Below, piece after piece: positions 28,218 through 37,342 of a stretch of 39,967 nt of DNA. Within the stretch, counting starts at the first letter, position 1, and each line of letters opens with the position of its first letter. The stretch covers positions 1-39,967 of the forward strand of contig PFHN01000070.1 in NCBI GenBank assembly GCA_002782305.1, in the 5' to 3' direction. Both the position numbers and the translations under genes were made by a program. This DNA comes from Candidatus Moranbacteria bacterium CG_4_8_14_3_um_filter_41_13. GTDB taxonomy: Bacteria; Patescibacteriota; Minisyncoccia; Moranbacterales; UBA1568. The notes beneath the pieces were generated by a model, which was given only the letters and a program-made list of their open reading frames with translations, did no database searches and was not told where the DNA came from.

Positions 28218-29318
28218 TTATTCTTTTATCGCCCCCCCGCCCAGACACATCTCTCCATCATAAAAAACAGCAAATTGTCCTTCGGCGATGCCACTATCTT
28301 TTTCATCGAGCAAAACTTCGAAAGAATATTCATCTCGCTTAAGGAGTGTACATCCATATTCCTTGGGTCCGTGACGAAGTTTCACTGAGAGTTTCATTCC
28401 GTCAGCTGGCATTTCAAGAAACCAATTCGCATTTTCGATAACAAAACGATCGCGCGACTGTAAAACTTTTTGTCTATCACTCGCAATAAATATAGTGTTC
28501 GTTTGTGGATCTTTTTTCACCACATAAAATGGTCCGCCAGAGAGTCCAATACCTTGCCTTTGTCCGACAGTGAAGTACCAAAAACCGCTGTGTTCACCTA
28601 CTTTCTCCCCTGTTTCAAAATTCACCAAATCACCTTTTTGTTCCCCCAAATGATATTTCAAAAACTGATTGAAAGGAATTTTCCCTAGGAAACAAATTCC
28701 CTGACTATCTTTCCGTTTCGCATTCATCAAACTAAATTTCTCGGCCAGTTTTCTCACTTCTTTTTTTTCATATTTTCCTATCGGGAAAAGGGCTCTCGAA
28801 AGTTGTTTCTGAGAAAGCTGAGAGAGAAAGTAGGTTTGATCTTTGATACTATCCGGAGTCTTCTTCAGAAAAAATTTTCCATTTTTTTCTGCCACTTGGG
28901 CGTAGTGACCAGTCGCAATTTTATCAAACCCGCCCACACCCATTTCAGAAACGGAAGTGTTTCGGGCAGGTCGATTATAAATAAGATATTCATAGAAAGC
29001 ACCAAATTTGATACGTGCGTTACAGAGCATATCGGGGTTTGGGGTACGACCATTTTTCACTTCATCTATTGTGTATGCTACAACCCGCTCCCAATATTCT
29101 TTCTGAAATGGTACCACTTCAAGAGGGATATGTGCTTGGTCACATACCGCACGCACGTATGACAAATCATCCTCCCACGGACATTCGCCCAAGAAAGAAA
29201 GCTCGTCTTCAAGCCATATTTTGAGATAAAAAGCGGTGACGTCATGCCCCTCTTCTAGAAGTAAACGTAGTGCCACCGAACTATCTACTCCACCTGATAC
29301 CAGTACTGCTATTTTCAT
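28218..29318 (-). CDS. mnmA: tRNA 2-thiouridine(34) synthase
   Basis: PP-loop MKIAVLVSGGVDSSVA plus conserved Cys and the GHYA motif. Start at ATG 29318 overlaps the dus stop (ATGA). Confidence 0.93.
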   Translation of the reverse strand: MKIAVLVSGGVDSSVALRLLLEEGHDVTAFYLKIWLEDELSFLGECPWEDDLSYVRAVCDQAHIPLEVVPFQKEYWERVVAYTIDEVKNGRTPNPDMLCNARIKFGAFYEYLIYNRPARNTSVSEMGVGGFDKIATGHYAQVAEKNGKFFLKKTPDSIKDQTYFLSQLSQKQLSRALFPIGKYEKKEVRKLAEKFSLMNAKRKDSQGICFLGKIPFNQFLKYHLGEQKGDLVNFETGEKVGEHSGFWYFTVGQRQGIGLSGGPFYVVKKDPQTNTIFIASDRQKVLQSRDRFVIENANWFLEMPADGMKLSVKLRHGPKEYGCTLLKRDEYSFEVLLDEKDSGIAEGQFAVFYDGEMCLGGGAIKE

Positions 29319-30370
29319 ATCATCTTTTTTGCTTGAATCAAAAACGCATTTACAACGTCCGTTATTTCTTTTGCCGTATAACATCCCATCATTTGCATAC
29401 GGAGCTCTTTGGCCTCCGGAAAATTATTGATATAGGCTTGATAATGTTTCTTCATTAATTCAAAACTTTTTGTATCGTGCCATACTTCTTCGAAGAGCAT
29501 GGTGTGTTCTATCACAGCCTGTAATTTTTCTTCCACCGTCACAGATGTTTTGTTTTCATCGAAGAGCCATGGATTACCAAATATCGCACGCCCAAGCATA
29601 ACGCCATCAACGCCCGTTTCGATAACTTTTTTTCGAGCATCTGTGAGATCTTTCACATCACCATTCCCGATAATGAGCGTACCACTGCCATGAGCAATTT
29701 CTACCGCACGCTTGATACGCTCCCACCTCGCAGGCACTTTAGACATCTCTTTTTTCGTGCGAGCATGCAGAGTGATCACAGCTGGTTTCATCTCAAGGAG
29801 TTTCGGAAACCATTCCTCAAGAGTATCTTCATTATAGCCAAGTCTCGTTTTTATAGAAAGAGGAATATGCCTCCCTGAAGCCTCTATGCCTTCCTGCGTT
29901 GCACGAATGATAGCCTGCGCCAATACAGGATTTTTCATCAGTGTTGCTCCTGCGCCCTGCTTCATCACATTCTTATCTGGACACCCCATATTGATATCAA
30001 TACCATCAAACCCAAGTTCTGCAACCAGTTTTGCTGCTTCAAACATTTTCTCTGGATACGCTGTGAAAAGCTGTGCGACTATTGGTCGTTCAGCTTCTGT
30101 ATATGAAAGGTCTCGCAAAAGCGCCTCTTGCCCTTTCGGATGACAGAGCCCATCAGCAGAAACAAATTCTGTCCACGTGACATCGGGCCCGCCTACACAA
30201 AATGTTTCGGCGGGTAAATCTTCCTTTGAGCCATCACCTATATTATGTCCACCATATTTCGAATACTTCGTAATTATGCGACGAAAAACAGCATCCGTCA
30301 CATTAGCCATCGGTGCGAGAACAAAAAATGGCTTTTCTAATTTTTCCCAAAATCCAAGATACGGTTTCAT
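29315..30370 (-). CDS. tRNA-dihydrouridine synthase
   Basis: FVLAPMANVTD, DINMGCP and HARTK motifs. Start placed at ATG 30370 (MKPYLGFWEKL...). Confidence 0.9.
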   Translation of the reverse strand: MKPYLGFWEKLEKPFFVLAPMANVTDAVFRRIITKYSKYGGHNIGDGSKEDLPAETFCVGGPDVTWTEFVSADGLCHPKGQEALLRDLSYTEAERPIVAQLFTAYPEKMFEAAKLVAELGFDGIDINMGCPDKNVMKQGAGATLMKNPVLAQAIIRATQEGIEASGRHIPLSIKTRLGYNEDTLEEWFPKLLEMKPAVITLHARTKKEMSKVPARWERIKRAVEIAHGSGTLIIGNGDVKDLTDARKKVIETGVDGVMLGRAIFGNPWLFDENKTSVTVEEKLQAVIEHTMLFEEVWHDTKSFELMKKHYQAYINNFPEAKELRMQMMGCYTAKEITDVVNAFLIQAKKMI

Positions 30371-30390
30371 AAAAAATAATTCAATGATCT

Positions 30391-30591
30391 GTGATTGTCG
30401 TAAGTTTATTGTTTTCTGCACTCCTGGTCTCTGTCGGTAACATTTGTGACACAAAGTGCCGTTAGAAAATGAGCGTGACGCTCGGAGCTGTTTCGGCTCT
30501 TAGAGCAGGACAGATCTTTTCTCGGCGACTTTCGTCTCAAATGTTCGACAGAGAGAAAAGGGAAAGAAAACAATAAACTTACGAAAATCAC
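30391..30591. repeat. About 200-nt rod-like imperfect palindrome with 26-nt terminal inverted repeats (MITE-like element or structured RNA)
   Basis: GTGATTGTCGTAAGTTTATTGTTTTC (30391..30416) versus GAAAACAATAAACTTACGAAAATCAC (30566..30591), 25 of 26 complementary. Interior pairs continue: TCTCTGTCG/CGACAGAGA, AACATTTG/CAAATGTT, AAAGT/ACTTT, GCCG/CGGC, AGAAAA/TTTTCT. Confidence 0.7.
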
Positions 30592-30606
30592 TCCATCCTC
30601 ATTTAT

Positions 30607-30843
30607 CTAATCCACTCGAATAATACCGACTGGACACGCATCCGATGCCTCTTTATTTTTTTTATATTCTTCTTCATTCACTTTTGCGACCACAAATTCA
30701 TCACCCTTCCACTCACCATCTTTCAAATCCGCTTTGCCATCCTCATCATTCATTTGCCACCTTTCGGGTGCGACAAGAGCGCACGATCCGCATCCGATGC
30801 AATCATTTCTTTTATGACAGATAGTTATTTTTTTTGTTCCCAT
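30607..30843 (-). CDS. Small single-cluster [4Fe-4S] ferredoxin
   Basis: 78 aa with CIGCGSC ... CPVGII cluster ligands. Confidence 0.85.
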   Translation of the reverse strand: MGTKKITICHKRNDCIGCGSCALVAPERWQMNDEDGKADLKDGEWKGDEFVVAKVNEEEYKKNKEASDACPVGIIRVD

Positions 30844-30867
30844 AAATATAAACTATAAGTACACAAT

Positions 30868-30889
30868 CAACAATAAACGAAAATCACTC
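30868..30889 (+). repeat. Solo partial copy of the right arm of the 30391..30591 palindrome
   Basis: CAACAATAAACGAAAATCACTC matches 30568..30593 apart from a 4-nt deletion. It is in direct orientation, so the ferredoxin gene is bracketed by the two copies. Confidence 0.55.
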
Positions 30890-30900
30890 AGAAAAAATAT

Positions 30901-30962
30901 CAAAGTTTTTTAGGGAGACATTCGTCAAAATTGCTTTGACGCGGATCATCTAAAAACTTTTT
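30901..30962 (+). repeat. Palindromic intergenic repeat, copy A
   Basis: CAAAGTTTTTTAGGGAGACATTCGTCAAAATTGCTTTGACGCGGATCATCTAAAAACTTTTT. Has terminal inverted repeats and a central 7-bp hairpin. Confidence 0.85.
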
Positions 30963-30992
30963 TATTTTTTCATAATCAATATAACAGCAGGA

Positions 30993-32240
30993 CTATTTAT
31001 CTTTCCACACATATACAGCGTCATTGATACGTACTCTTTTGGTCACGGGAAAAGTTACTGTATCACCTTTTTTTCCGCTCTGCAAAGGCTTCATCTCAGC
31101 ATCACGCAATTCTCCGATTTTCCCTTCATAGACTCCTGTTGTTACACCCAAAATGCGAATTTCATCACCCTGTGAAAGTGTTCCTGCATCGATGATCATT
31201 TCGGCGACGCCTACTTTGGCAAAATATTTTTTCACTGTTCCAACAAATATTTTTCCCTTGGTCGCTTGTGATCCATGGACATCGCTATACGCTTCCAGTT
31301 CTTTGCCGAGATAATAATTCCCTTTCGAAAGCCCCCTATGATATACCGTTTTCAGCGCTCTGAAATATTCTACAATTTTTTCTTTCGTATAGGTTCTGTT
31401 CTCAATATCGGTCAGCGCTTGTCTATATGTTTTCGTCACGGTGTAGACATATTCCGGTGAACGTCCTCGCCCTTCAATCTTCCACGTTTGTACCCCTGAC
31501 TTGAGGAGTTCGTCCAAGAAATCGATCGTACAAATATCTGCAGCGCTCATGACGAAATGATTGTCCAAAATAAGTTCCTTGCCCGTTTCCATATCGGTTA
31601 CTTTGTATTCTTTGCGACAATTTTGGAGACATGCACCACGATTCGCAGAGGCATTATCGGTATAACTACTCATGAAACAACGGCCTGATTGAGCCACACA
31701 AAGAGCTCCATGAACGAAGGCTTCTATTTCCATCAATCTCCCTTCTCGTCCAAGGAGTTTTTCTTCTCTTATGCGATCGTAAATAGCCTTGATTTGATCC
31801 AGTGTCAGTTCACGAGCCAGTACGACTCTATTCGTCATAGTGGCAAAGAATTTCAGTGATTCAAAATTGGAAACAGAAAATTGCACAGAGACATGCACGG
31901 GCATACCAATCTCATTACAATACTGAATCGTTGCAAAATCAAAAGCGATGATAGCATCGATATGATTTGTTTTCGCAGCGTCCACGAGCTTCCTCATAAT
32001 TTTCGTATCATGATCATAGAGGAGGGTGTTGACTGCGAGGTATGTCTTCACATTTTTCTTTTGGCAAATGTCCGCGACTTCCGCCAGATCCGCAAGTGTG
32101 AGATTGGCAGCAGCCCGAGCGCGCATATTGAGCTGAGTCACACCAAAATACACGCTGTTGCACCCGCCCTTGATAGCGGCTGCCAAACTCTCGAAACTCC
32201 CTGCTGGAGCCATAATTTCGACATCTTTTGTATCAATCAT
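30993..32240 (-). CDS. Peptidase U32 family protein (TrhP/RlhA/UbiU-type candidate RNA or quinone hydroxylation factor)
   Basis: 415 aa. N-terminal TIM-barrel-like MAPAGSFESLAAAIKGGCNSVYFG and the U32 signature EAFVHGALCVAQSGRCFMSSY. Confidence 0.85.
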   Translation of the reverse strand: MIDTKDVEIMAPAGSFESLAAAIKGGCNSVYFGVTQLNMRARAAANLTLADLAEVADICQKKNVKTYLAVNTLLYDHDTKIMRKLVDAAKTNHIDAIIAFDFATIQYCNEIGMPVHVSVQFSVSNFESLKFFATMTNRVVLARELTLDQIKAIYDRIREEKLLGREGRLMEIEAFVHGALCVAQSGRCFMSSYTDNASANRGACLQNCRKEYKVTDMETGKELILDNHFVMSAADICTIDFLDELLKSGVQTWKIEGRGRSPEYVYTVTKTYRQALTDIENRTYTKEKIVEYFRALKTVYHRGLSKGNYYLGKELEAYSDVHGSQATKGKIFVGTVKKYFAKVGVAEMIIDAGTLSQGDEIRILGVTTGVYEGKIGELRDAEMKPLQSGKKGDTVTFPVTKRVRINDAVYVWKDK

Positions 32241-32328
32241 AGGTATATCTTTACGTCAAATAAGTGTACTGTATTTTCACGGAAAAAGAAAGAGTGATGG
32301 AACATAATGGTCTCTGCCACGTATATTA

Positions 32329-32357
32329 TTGACACTCTTTTTCTCTTCTGTTACACT
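32329..32357 (+). promoter_or_regulatory. Candidate sigma70-type promoter of the Rrf2-suf operon
   Basis: TTGACA (32329..32334), a 17-nt spacer, then TACACT (32352..32357). Lies 26 nt upstream of the Rrf2 ATG. Confidence 0.35.
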
Positions 32358-32375
32358 AAAGCAGACAATTTTAGT
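32355..32375. promoter_or_regulatory. Inverted repeat overlapping the -10 region (candidate Rrf2 operator)
   Basis: ACTAAA-N9-TTTAGT between the putative -10 and the Rrf2 start codon. Confidence 0.25.
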
Positions 32376-32382
32376 CCACATT

Positions 32383-32790
32383 ATGAAAGTATCCAAAAAA
32401 GCCTACTACGGACTGAGAGCTATTCTCGCTCTCGCCCAAACCGAAAAGCCTCTTTCTATCCATGCACTGGCTGAGATGGAGCACCTCCCCGAAACCTATC
32501 TTGAGAAAATTCTTCAGACACTTCGCAAAGCGGGTCTCGTGACAGCTCACAAAGGAGTCTCCGGTGGTTATGCTCTCGCTCGCTCTGCAAACAATATCAG
32601 CATCTGGGATGTTCTCTCCCCTCTCGATGGGCCAATGAAACCTTTCTCCTCGTCTCTCAAAGGAACTCTACCCTGCCTACAAGTCAGTCACTGCCAAACC
32701 AACGAAGTTTGGAGGACACTAGAAAATAAAATAGAAAAAACACTCTCAGATATTTCTCTCTCTAGTCTTATTCCAAAAAATATTCCTTAA
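32383..32790 (+). CDS. Rrf2 family transcriptional regulator
   Basis: MKVSKKAYYGLRAILALA... winged-helix N-terminus. Two Cys in LPCLQVSHC. First gene of the suf cluster. Confidence 0.88.
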   Translation: MKVSKKAYYGLRAILALAQTEKPLSIHALAEMEHLPETYLEKILQTLRKAGLVTAHKGVSGGYALARSANNISIWDVLSPLDGPMKPFSSSLKGTLPCLQVSHCQTNEVWRTLENKIEKTLSDISLSSLIPKNIP

Positions 32791-32800
32791 TTTTTTTCCT

Positions 32801-33535
32801 ATGATCACACTCGAAAAACTTTCTGTTTCTATAGAAGAGAAGAAAATCCTGCACGATATTTCATTCACTTTCAAACCAGGGAAGACTTATGCCATTATGG
32901 GTCCCAACGGTTCTGGGAAATCGACTCTTGCGAGTAGCATTATGGGACATCCAAGCATCGCCTATTCTCGTGCCTCGAAAATCTTCATAGAGGAAAAGCC
33001 TGCTCGCCGTAGGAGGGATATCAAGACTCTTTCTCCTGATAAAAGATCTCTCCTTGGCCTTTTTCTCTCATTTCAAACACCGATGACATTATCAGGCGTG
33101 ACGGTTTTCGAACTCCTTCGTCTGGCGCTGGAAAAGAAAATGGATCCAGTCGCTTTGCATCAAAAAGTAACAGAGTATGCGAAGGAACTCTCTATCAAAG
33201 ACGAACTTCTCAAACGTTCTCTCAATGATGGATTCTCTGGCGGAGAAAAGAAGAAGCTTGAAGCTCTACAGGCGGTACTTCTCTCACCATCGTTCGCACT
33301 TTTCGATGAGATTGATACTGGTGTCGATGTGGATAGTCTCAAAACTATTTCTCATTTCTTAAAAAAACATCTCGCTAAAAAAACAACACTTGTTTTCATT
33401 ACACACTCGACTCGTCTTCTCTCATACATCAAACCAGATGAAGTGATAGTCATCAAAGAAGGTCGTCTCGTGAAAACAGGTACTGGTACTCTCGCAAAAA
33501 AAATTGAAGAAAAAGGATTTGAATCTATCATATAA
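32801..33535 (+). CDS. sufC: Fe-S cluster assembly ATPase SufC
   Basis: Walker [13 protein letters not shown] signature FSGGEKKK and Walker [11 protein letters not shown]. Sits in a suf context. Confidence 0.93.
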   Translation: MITLEKLSVSIEEKKILHDISFTFKPGKTYAIMGPNGSGKSTLASSIMGHPSIAYSRASKIFIEEKPARRRRDIKTLSPDKRSLLGLFLSFQTPMTLSGVTVFELLRLALEKKMDPVALHQKVTEYAKELSIKDELLKRSLNDGFSGGEKKKLEALQAVLLSPSFALFDEIDTGVDVDSLKTISHFLKKHLAKKTTLVFITHSTRLLSYIKPDEVIVIKEGRLVKTGTGTLAKKIEEKGFESII

Positions 33536-33536
33536 T

Positions 33537-34943
33537 ATGAAGCGTACAAAGAAAAAAAATATCGACCTCGGCGATTATAAGTACGGTTTTGCTATGCCAG
33601 AACACTCTGTGCACAAGACCAATTTAGGCTTAAATAAAAGAATCGTGAGCGAAATATCACACGTCAAAAATGAGTCTCCTTGGATGCGAGATATCCGTCT
33701 TTCGGCGTATGAAATTTTCAAAAAAAAGCCAATGCCGGTGTGGGGCGCAGATCTTTCAAAAATTGATTTCAATGCTATTACTTATTATCTCAAAGCCACC
33801 GACAAACAAGTAACGAGTTGGGATGATCTCCCGAAAGATATCAAGGACACGTATGACCGCATCGGTGTTCCAGAGTCAGAAAAGAAATTCCTCGCTGGTG
33901 TGTCGGCACAGTATGAATCAGAAGTCGTATATGAAAGTATGAGCAAAGAACTTGATAGACTCGGAGTCATCTTCTGCGATATGGATACAGCAGTGAAAAA
34001 ATATCCGGAAATTGTCAAAAAATATTTCGGGACACTTATTCCAACGAATGATAACAAATTTGCTGCCTTGAATACGGCCGTATGGTCAGGAGGATCCTTC
34101 GTCTACGTACCCAAAGGCGTGAAAGTAGACCTCCCACTTCAAGCTTATTTCCGCATCAATGCCGAAGCCTTCGGACAATTCGAACGAACGCTCATCATTG
34201 CAGAAGAAGGAAGCTCTGTACACTACGTCGAAGGTTGCACAGCACCTATTTATACCACATCATCTCTCCATTCTGCTGTCGTCGAAATCTTCGTGAAAAA
34301 AAATGCCCACGTACGTTACACAACTGTTCAAAACTGGAGCACCAACATCTTCAACCTCGTGACGAAACGTGCCAAAGCCGAAGAGAACGCAGTGATGGAA
34401 TGGGTGGATTGCAATATCGGATCAGGTGTGACTATGAAATATCCTGCGGTATACCTCACAGGCAGGGGTGCTCACGGAGAAGTTCTTTCTATTGCCTACG
34501 CGGGTAAGAATCAACACCAAGACGCCGGTGCCAAGATGGTACATCTCGCGCCCAATACTACTTCGCGTGTCATTTCCAAATCTCTTTCCAAAGATGGTGG
34601 TCGCACATCGTATCGCGGTCTCGTCCACATCGGTCGTGGTGCCACCAATGCCAGGGCCTCCGTTGTCTGTGATGCCCTCCTTCTTGATGATATTTCTCGC
34701 TCAGATACCTATCCCACGATGTCCATCAAAGAAAAAACAGCCATCTTCGAACACGAGGCAACCGTCGAAAAAATAGGAGAAGAAAAGCTTTTTTACCTTA
34801 TGTCACGCGGTATCACAAAGACCGATGCAGAAGGACTCCTCGTCAATGGATTCATCGATCCTGTCGTAAAAGAGATTCCTCTGGAATACTCTATTGAATT
34901 AAACAGACTCATGAGTATGAATATGGAAGGAAGTATCGGATAA
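33537..34943 (+). CDS. sufB: Fe-S cluster assembly scaffold SufB
   Basis: 468 aa from ATG 33537, directly after the sufC stop. SufB-type beta-helix core with FVYVPKGV... and ...[17 protein letters not shown]. Confidence 0.93.
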   Translation: MKRTKKKNIDLGDYKYGFAMPEHSVHKTNLGLNKRIVSEISHVKNESPWMRDIRLSAYEIFKKKPMPVWGADLSKIDFNAITYYLKATDKQVTSWDDLPKDIKDTYDRIGVPESEKKFLAGVSAQYESEVVYESMSKELDRLGVIFCDMDTAVKKYPEIVKKYFGTLIPTNDNKFAALNTAVWSGGSFVYVPKGVKVDLPLQAYFRINAEAFGQFERTLIIAEEGSSVHYVEGCTAPIYTTSSLHSAVVEIFVKKNAHVRYTTVQNWSTNIFNLVTKRAKAEENAVMEWVDCNIGSGVTMKYPAVYLTGRGAHGEVLSIAYAGKNQHQDAGAKMVHLAPNTTSRVISKSLSKDGGRTSYRGLVHIGRGATNARASVVCDALLLDDISRSDTYPTMSIKEKTAIFEHEATVEKIGEEKLFYLMSRGITKTDAEGLLVNGFIDPVVKEIPLEYSIELNRLMSMNMEGSIG

Positions 34944-34949
34944 AAATAT

Positions 34950-35555
34950 ATGCACTGGAAAGACATCACAACTGACAGAGAGACAACCTATACGCTCACA
35001 GAAAATGAGCAGTGTGTTTTCTTCTTGTTCAATCGTTCGGGCAATCTTACCTTTGAACTCACTGGTAGAAATGCCGAGGCACATATCTTCGCCTTCTTCG
35101 TCGGCAAGAAAGAATGCAAACATACCCTCACCATTATACAAAATCACCGCGCTCCGAAAACTATTTCTCACACCCTTATCAAAAGTGTCGTGTCAGATGC
35201 ATCGGTATGTATGTATGATGGTACTCTTTTCATTGACACCAATGCTCTCGGGAGTGATGCGTCGCAAGAAAGTCGCGCCCTCCTTCTTTCTTCGGATGCC
35301 ACCGTTTCTATGAAGCCAACACTAGAAATCCTTGCTGACGACGTACAATGTTCCCACAAAGCGACCGCTAGCCCTCTCGATAGAGAAGCATTATTCTTCG
35401 CAGAATCTCGTGGAATATCCCCGAAAAAAGCCGAAAAACTCCTTATTTCTGGATTTTGGAATGATGCTTTCGAAAAAATAGCTCTGCTTCTCCCAAAAGA
35501 AGAAAAAATAAAAGAGCGCCTCCTCTCTCTTCTCTCTCATAAAACAATATTGTAA
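34950..35555 (+). CDS. sufD: Short SufD-like protein (201 aa)
   Basis: SufB/D C-terminal signature LEILADDVQCSHKATASPLDREALFFAESRGISPKKAEKLLISGF. Only 201 aa. Confidence 0.8.
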   Translation: MHWKDITTDRETTYTLTENEQCVFFLFNRSGNLTFELTGRNAEAHIFAFFVGKKECKHTLTIIQNHRAPKTISHTLIKSVVSDASVCMYDGTLFIDTNALGSDASQESRALLLSSDATVSMKPTLEILADDVQCSHKATASPLDREALFFAESRGISPKKAEKLLISGFWNDAFEKIALLLPKEEKIKERLLSLLSHKTIL

Positions 35556-35599
35556 TACCATACATACCGATTATCAACGGTCGTGGTTTATCGGTAACA

Positions 35600-36838
35600 A
35601 TGAGACTTATGCTCAACACGAGTCAAATCAAAAAAGATTTTCCTCTCTTCACACATCATCCAGATTTGGTGTATTTGGACTCGGCCGCGACAGCCCTCAA
35701 GACGCAAGGAGTGATTGATGCAGAGAGAGCATACCTCGAGGAGTATTCAACAAATGTCATGCGTGGTCTGTATCCTCTCGCCGAAACAGCCACAGAAAAA
35801 TTTGAAATGACGCGAGAGAAAATGGCTACGTTTATCGGTGCCAAAAGCTCGAGTGAAATCATCTTCACTTCTGGAACAACAGATGCTCTCAACCTTGTTT
35901 CAAAACTCCTCGCTTCACAAATAGAAAAGGGAGATACTCTTGTGACAACAGCAATGGAACATCATTCCAATTTTCTCCCTTGGAAGGAATTAGCAAAAAC
36001 CAAGTCGGCGGATCTACATATTGTTTCTCTCACAAAAGAAGGAATGATTGATAGAGAAAGTCTCAAAAAATCTATCGATGAACACACAAAAATTGCTTCA
36101 TTCTCTGCTGTTTCCAATGTTTTAGGGACAATCAATCCTGTGAAAGAAATTATCGCTCTCATTCGCAGTATCAATCCAAAAACGCTCATCGTCATCGATG
36201 CCGCTCAAGCAGTGTGTCATATGCCTATGAGTGTTTCAGATTGGGATGCTGATTTTGTCGCTTTCTCAGGACACAAAATGTTCGGACCAACAGGTACAGG
36301 AATCCTCTATGGAAAATACTCGCTCCTCGAAACACTTCCTCCTGTCAATTTTGGTGGAGGTATGGTGCTCGATAGTTGCGCCGAAGATACCCTCTATAAG
36401 GAATCTCCATATTGTTTCGAAGCAGGCACGCCAAATATCGGAGGAATGATCGCACTCGGTAGTGCTATTGATTATATAGAAAATATCGGGCTTCAGAATA
36501 TCCATCTTCACGAAACAACTCTTGCTTCGTACGCGATAGAGAAACTGAAAGAAACTTTTGGAGAAGACATCTCCATTATCGGACCAAGTAAGAAGGAGAA
36601 GCGAAGTGGCATCATCGCATTCACTCTCGCGAACGTTCATCCTCATGATATCGCTGGAATACTTGGTGAACAAAATATATGCGTCAGAGCAGGAGAACAC
36701 TGCACAACCCCTCTTCATCACAGCCTCAGACTTTCTGCCACTACTCGTCTTTCACTTTCCATATACAATAACGAAAATGACATCGACAAATTCATTTCAG
36801 TCCTCAAAGAAATTCAAGCGATGTTTCTCAATAAGTAA
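35600..36838 (+). CDS. sufS: Cysteine desulfurase SufS (class V aminotransferase)
   Basis: PLP lysine motif FSGHKMFGPTGTGILYG and active-site RAGEHCTTPL. An alternative start is ATG 35609. Confidence 0.93.
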   Translation: MRLMLNTSQIKKDFPLFTHHPDLVYLDSAATALKTQGVIDAERAYLEEYSTNVMRGLYPLAETATEKFEMTREKMATFIGAKSSSEIIFTSGTTDALNLVSKLLASQIEKGDTLVTTAMEHHSNFLPWKELAKTKSADLHIVSLTKEGMIDRESLKKSIDEHTKIASFSAVSNVLGTINPVKEIIALIRSINPKTLIVIDAAQAVCHMPMSVSDWDADFVAFSGHKMFGPTGTGILYGKYSLLETLPPVNFGGGMVLDSCAEDTLYKESPYCFEAGTPNIGGMIALGSAIDYIENIGLQNIHLHETTLASYAIEKLKETFGEDISIIGPSKKEKRSGIIAFTLANVHPHDIAGILGEQNICVRAGEHCTTPLHHSLRLSATTRLSLSIYNNENDIDKFISVLKEIQAMFLNK

Positions 36839-36856
36839 TTATAACTCAAAAAGAAT

Positions 36857-36928
36857 TTCAAAAGTTTTTTAGGGAACGTTTAGCGAAATTGCTTCGATTT
36901 CGGTAGGGTTCATCTAAAAACTTTTGAA
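36857..36928 (+). repeat. Palindromic intergenic repeat, copy B (most divergent, with an internal insertion)
   Basis: TTCAAAAGTTTTTTAGGGAACGTTTAGCGAAATTGCTTCGATTTCGGTAGGGTTCATCTAAAAACTTTTGAA. Confidence 0.8.
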
Positions 36929-36969
36929 ATATTTTCCAGCAATCACTATAACTTCAATTCATAAATACT

Positions 36970-37335
36970 ATGTCTCTCTACCAAGACCTCATCCTCGATC
37001 ACTATCGCAATCCCCGCAATCAAGGGACACTCAAAAATGCGACTCATAGCGCTGATGCAGCGAATCTTTCGTGTGGAGATAAGCTTCATATAGACATAAT
37101 CGTCAAAAATGATATTATAGAAGAAGTGAAGTTTTCTGGTTCTGGATGTGCTATTTCTCAGTCATCAGCTTCTCTTTTGACAGAGCATATCAGAAAGCAC
37201 ACAGTGAAGCAGGCCCTCTCACTTGAGCCGAAAGACATTCTCGATCTTATCTTGGTAACGCTTTCTCCAGCTCGGCTGAAATGCGGACTCCTTTCACTCG
37301 AGACCGTCAAGAAGGCGCTCAATCAAGAGAAATAA
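36970..37335 (+). CDS. sufU: SufU/IscU-like Fe-S scaffold / sulfur acceptor
   Basis: LILDHYRNPRN, CGDKLHIDI, GSGCAISQSSASL and ARLKCGLL motifs. Confidence 0.9.
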   Translation: MSLYQDLILDHYRNPRNQGTLKNATHSADAANLSCGDKLHIDIIVKNDIIEEVKFSGSGCAISQSSASLLTEHIRKHTVKQALSLEPKDILDLILVTLSPARLKCGLLSLETVKKALNQEK

Positions 37336-37342
37336 AATTGTA

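Noticed and set aside
30406-30591. 61-aa minus-strand ORF, and 74-aa plus-strand ORF 37281..37505, inside the two long palindromes
   Set aside because: Both are read through inverted-repeat arms, so the peptide is an artefact of palindromic sequence. Neither has an RBS or any family resemblance.
30391-30591. Possibility that the ~200-nt hairpin is SRP (4.5S) RNA
   Set aside because: I could not find the conserved helix-8 motifs (GGAA-type tetraloop flanked by the AGCA / GUCAGG-type symmetric-loop sequences) on either strand. A 6S-like or MITE interpretation remains open and is listed as a finding.
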